NCBI RefSeq assembly: GCF_024521635.1 | Contig: NW_026250410.1 | Coordinates: forward strand, 620,001 to 684,000 | Length of the DNA stretch: 64,000 bases | Source of the DNA: Tricharina praecox | Lineage: Eukaryota | Reading direction: 5' to 3' | Part shown: positions 61,545-64,000 of the stretch, in pieces | How positions within the stretch are numbered: position 1 is the stretch's first letter | Layout of the letters: the number at the start of each line of letters is the position of its first letter | The notes under the pieces: model-generated | What the model was told of the DNA's origin: nothing | The model's input: only the letters and a program-made list of their open reading frames with translations | The model's database searches: none | Program-made: the position numbers and the translations under genes

Positions 61545-64000
61545 CTACACCACATTCCACTCGCCATAGACACACCAGCGGGCGCTCCTATCGGCGAGGA
61601 CAAGAGCTCTCCAGGGTCCTCGTTCCCCGCACTTGATGATAGTTTCCCAGACCATGCCATCCGACGAGCCGGGGGTATCCGCCTTCTTCATGAGCCTGAG
61701 GATCTTTCCGCTCGGCGTCTGGATCCCGAGCTTTGCCGGTTTGGCGGGCAGGATCCCGTTCTGCAGCACTGGCGACATCGACGACCCGTCGCTGGGACTC
61801 TGCCGCACCGCAAACACGAACGTATTGTTGACTGCCAGCTTGGCGCACTGCGGCTGCGACACATAGAGGTCGTGGCGCTGCGCGTGCGGCGTCGGGTGGC
61901 GGATGTAAAAGTCGTACGGAGGGTTCTCGCCGTGGTGGTAGATGGGCAGGGCGAAAGCCAGCGGATGGGGATTGCTAGTGATGGAGTGCTACACAATCAT
62001 TAGCGTTGTAAACATGGAAGTACGGGTCCACATACCATCAAGCCACGAGGGCCAGCATAGATCTTCAAGACGCCCTGGCCCTCATCACCCGGCAGCACCG
62101 CCTTGACGCGATACGTCTTGACGCCATTTTCCCAGAACGGCTGAGCCAGCGCGCGCTTCTTGACCACCTCGCCGGTCTCGAACACGTCGCCGTCCTGGTC
62201 GATCGCAAACCCGTTTGCCTCCACCTCCGCCACGCACTCAACATCCGGCGGCACGCTGAACTCGATCTGCACCACCTCCAGGTTCTCCATCCTGATCAGA
62301 CTGGTGTCGTAGTTGATCAGCTGCAGGCCATGTCTGAAGAACGGCGGGCAGGCACACGGCAACGCCATCAGTATTGGTAGCGGCAGTGGCGGGACCAGGT
62401 GCTGCTCCTCCATCGTGAGCGGAATGTGTGTCCACACAAACTCACTCGGTCTTGTCAGGAAGTAGAAGAACTCCGCCTGGTTGACCGGTGCCTGCGAATA
62501 CATGTAACGCCGAGGGTGGGTTGGAGACGCAAGCGAACAATCCATGAACCGCCACTCGCCATCCACAACCACCGCGTTCCACCAATGATTTGCGCGGGGA
62601 CAGGTCTCGATTTCAACAGCCTCACCCGGAGCCTTGAGGAAACCCCGGACGATGTCGCAGTGGATTCCGACTGCTGCGCACATCCCCTGCACCACAGCCG
62701 CGACCTCTTCGGGCGACCCACGTCTCTGTGCCAGCACTCTCCGCGCATCGATAGAATGTGGTCCGTACTCGCCGTCCATCGGTCCGCTCGGGTGCTCCCA
62801 AGCGATCCTTTCCGTGATCCAAGTGTATATAGCGCGCAACCGCTGGACGTCGCTGCGGTACGGCCGACAGACCTGGTGGGTGGCAAGACTCTCTGGTGTG
62901 GTGAACGGCGGCAAACTGGTGATGAACCTGGCAGCCTTATCGACCAGAGCCAGGCTGGTGGTCTCAAAGTCCTGCGGATTAGTGACGATGCCACCATCGG
63001 CCGCCTCGTCGCCATCCACGTCCTCGTCCAACGCATCCACCGGTCTCAGGACCGGTTGATCCATCATTTGCTGCTTCTCCTGCCGTTCTATCCGCTCATT
63101 CCTAGACAGCGTATTCGAGCGATTGACGTCTCGTCGGACCTGCACCCAGTCCTGTCCGTGCGACTGCATAGCCCTCGACTGCACCGGGATCTCATCGACA
63201 CCCCTTATGGACGCCGCGCTGGTCTTCGCACTGTTGAGGATCTTCTTGAAAAAGTTTGCCTTCTTGGGTTTCGGCGGAACGAGTCCACCAAAAACACCAT
63301 CGGCCGGAGTACTGACGGTCGTGCCCCACGTTTGACCACGCTTGCGACCAAACGTCCCCGTTCCGGACCCAGATCCCGAACCCGACCCGGAGGCCATGTA
63401 GCCCGATGGCGTTTCTGCTCGAGTGCCGTAAGTGCTCACCGGTCTGGGCGAATTACGTCCTGGGTCCTCGATGGTGCTGATGGATTTGTATTTCCGCCTT
63501 GCCAGACTACCAGCACTAGTGGCCGAGAACCCGCCGGCACTCATGCCGCTCATGATACTCGCACTTGTCAGAGCCGTTGAATTCGTGCTGTTTGTAGCGG
63601 ACGAGTGATTGGAGGTTGAATTCGACGAAAGGGTCTCGACTCTAGCCAACGGTCTCGGGCGAACCATCTTTGCCGGGCTGGCACTTCTCGAAGCATAGCG
63701 AAGATCGAAAGCGGGATTACGGGCCTTAAGCGTGGGATCGCCGGTCCTCGGTCGCTCGCTGTAGCTCGAGAACTTTGCCGGAGTTGGCGGGGGTATGTCG
63801 ACTTCGGAGTCACGCCTTGGTTGCTCTTGGAATCTCCGCAGACGGTCTTCCATCCGCTCCGCATAGCCGATCGGCATGGGAGGCTCGGTGGGATACATGG
63901 GGATGCCATTCTCGTCCTCATCATCCTCGTATTCATTCCGTCCAGCGATTCCCAGTGATGTCTCGGGTCGAATGTGCCGCTTCGTGGGACTTCCCGCGTA
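61545..64000 (-). CDS. CYK3: Cytokinesis protein Cyk3 (transglutaminase-like domain); 5' part lies beyond the window
   Basis: VRRDVNRSNTLS..ER; RPYRSDVQRLRAIYTW; NHWWNAVVVDGEWRFMDCSLASPTHP; FTSATRR-frame exon ends KLGIQTPSGKI..WRALVLADRSARWCVYGEW. Confidence 0.9.

Noticed and set aside
12783..64000. Premature TAG codons needing A-to-I editing or readthrough in conserved genes
   Set aside because: The ORF breaks checked in the conserved genes were explained by canonical GT-AG introns

Overview
Eukaryotic, intron-containing genomic DNA from a filamentous ascomycete (Pezizomycotina). This is inferred from short GT-AG introns with CTRAC branch points and from HapX, AspC/Cdc12-type and Ryp1/Sge1-type proteins. 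The first ~10 kb has no convincing gene and is rich in micro/minisatellites, lying upstream of a Gti1/Wor1/Ryp1-type WOPR transcription factor. A compact block of conserved genes follows: cardiolipin synthase, a frameshifted hypothetical, PP1 inhibitor-2 (Glc8), Prp45/SKIP, an intron-containing tRNA-Ile(UAU), Mtr10, Nur1/Mug154, a chromodomain + HDA2/3-like + coiled-coil protein, a two-OB-fold POT1-domain protein, HapX, a PDK/BCKDK-family kinase, Ubp15/USP7, Pwp2, Sdh3, septin Cdc12, WDR83/MORG1, Pho13 and a partial Cyk3. No transposon, CRISPR array or rRNA was recognised. Best leads: (1) three adjacent genes (Nur1, Ccq1-like chromo/HDA2-3, POT1-OB) suggesting a telomere/heterochromatin/nuclear-rim module, with CCCTAA-like repeats in the shared divergent promoter; (2) a hypothetical gene split by a -1 frame change at T-TTT-TTG followed by a GNRA-capped stem-loop, which could be programmed frameshifting or a homopolymer error; (3) SreA boxes and an apparent duplicated Cys cluster in HapX. 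All family assignments are by eye from remembered motifs; no searches were run. Exon boundaries are manual.
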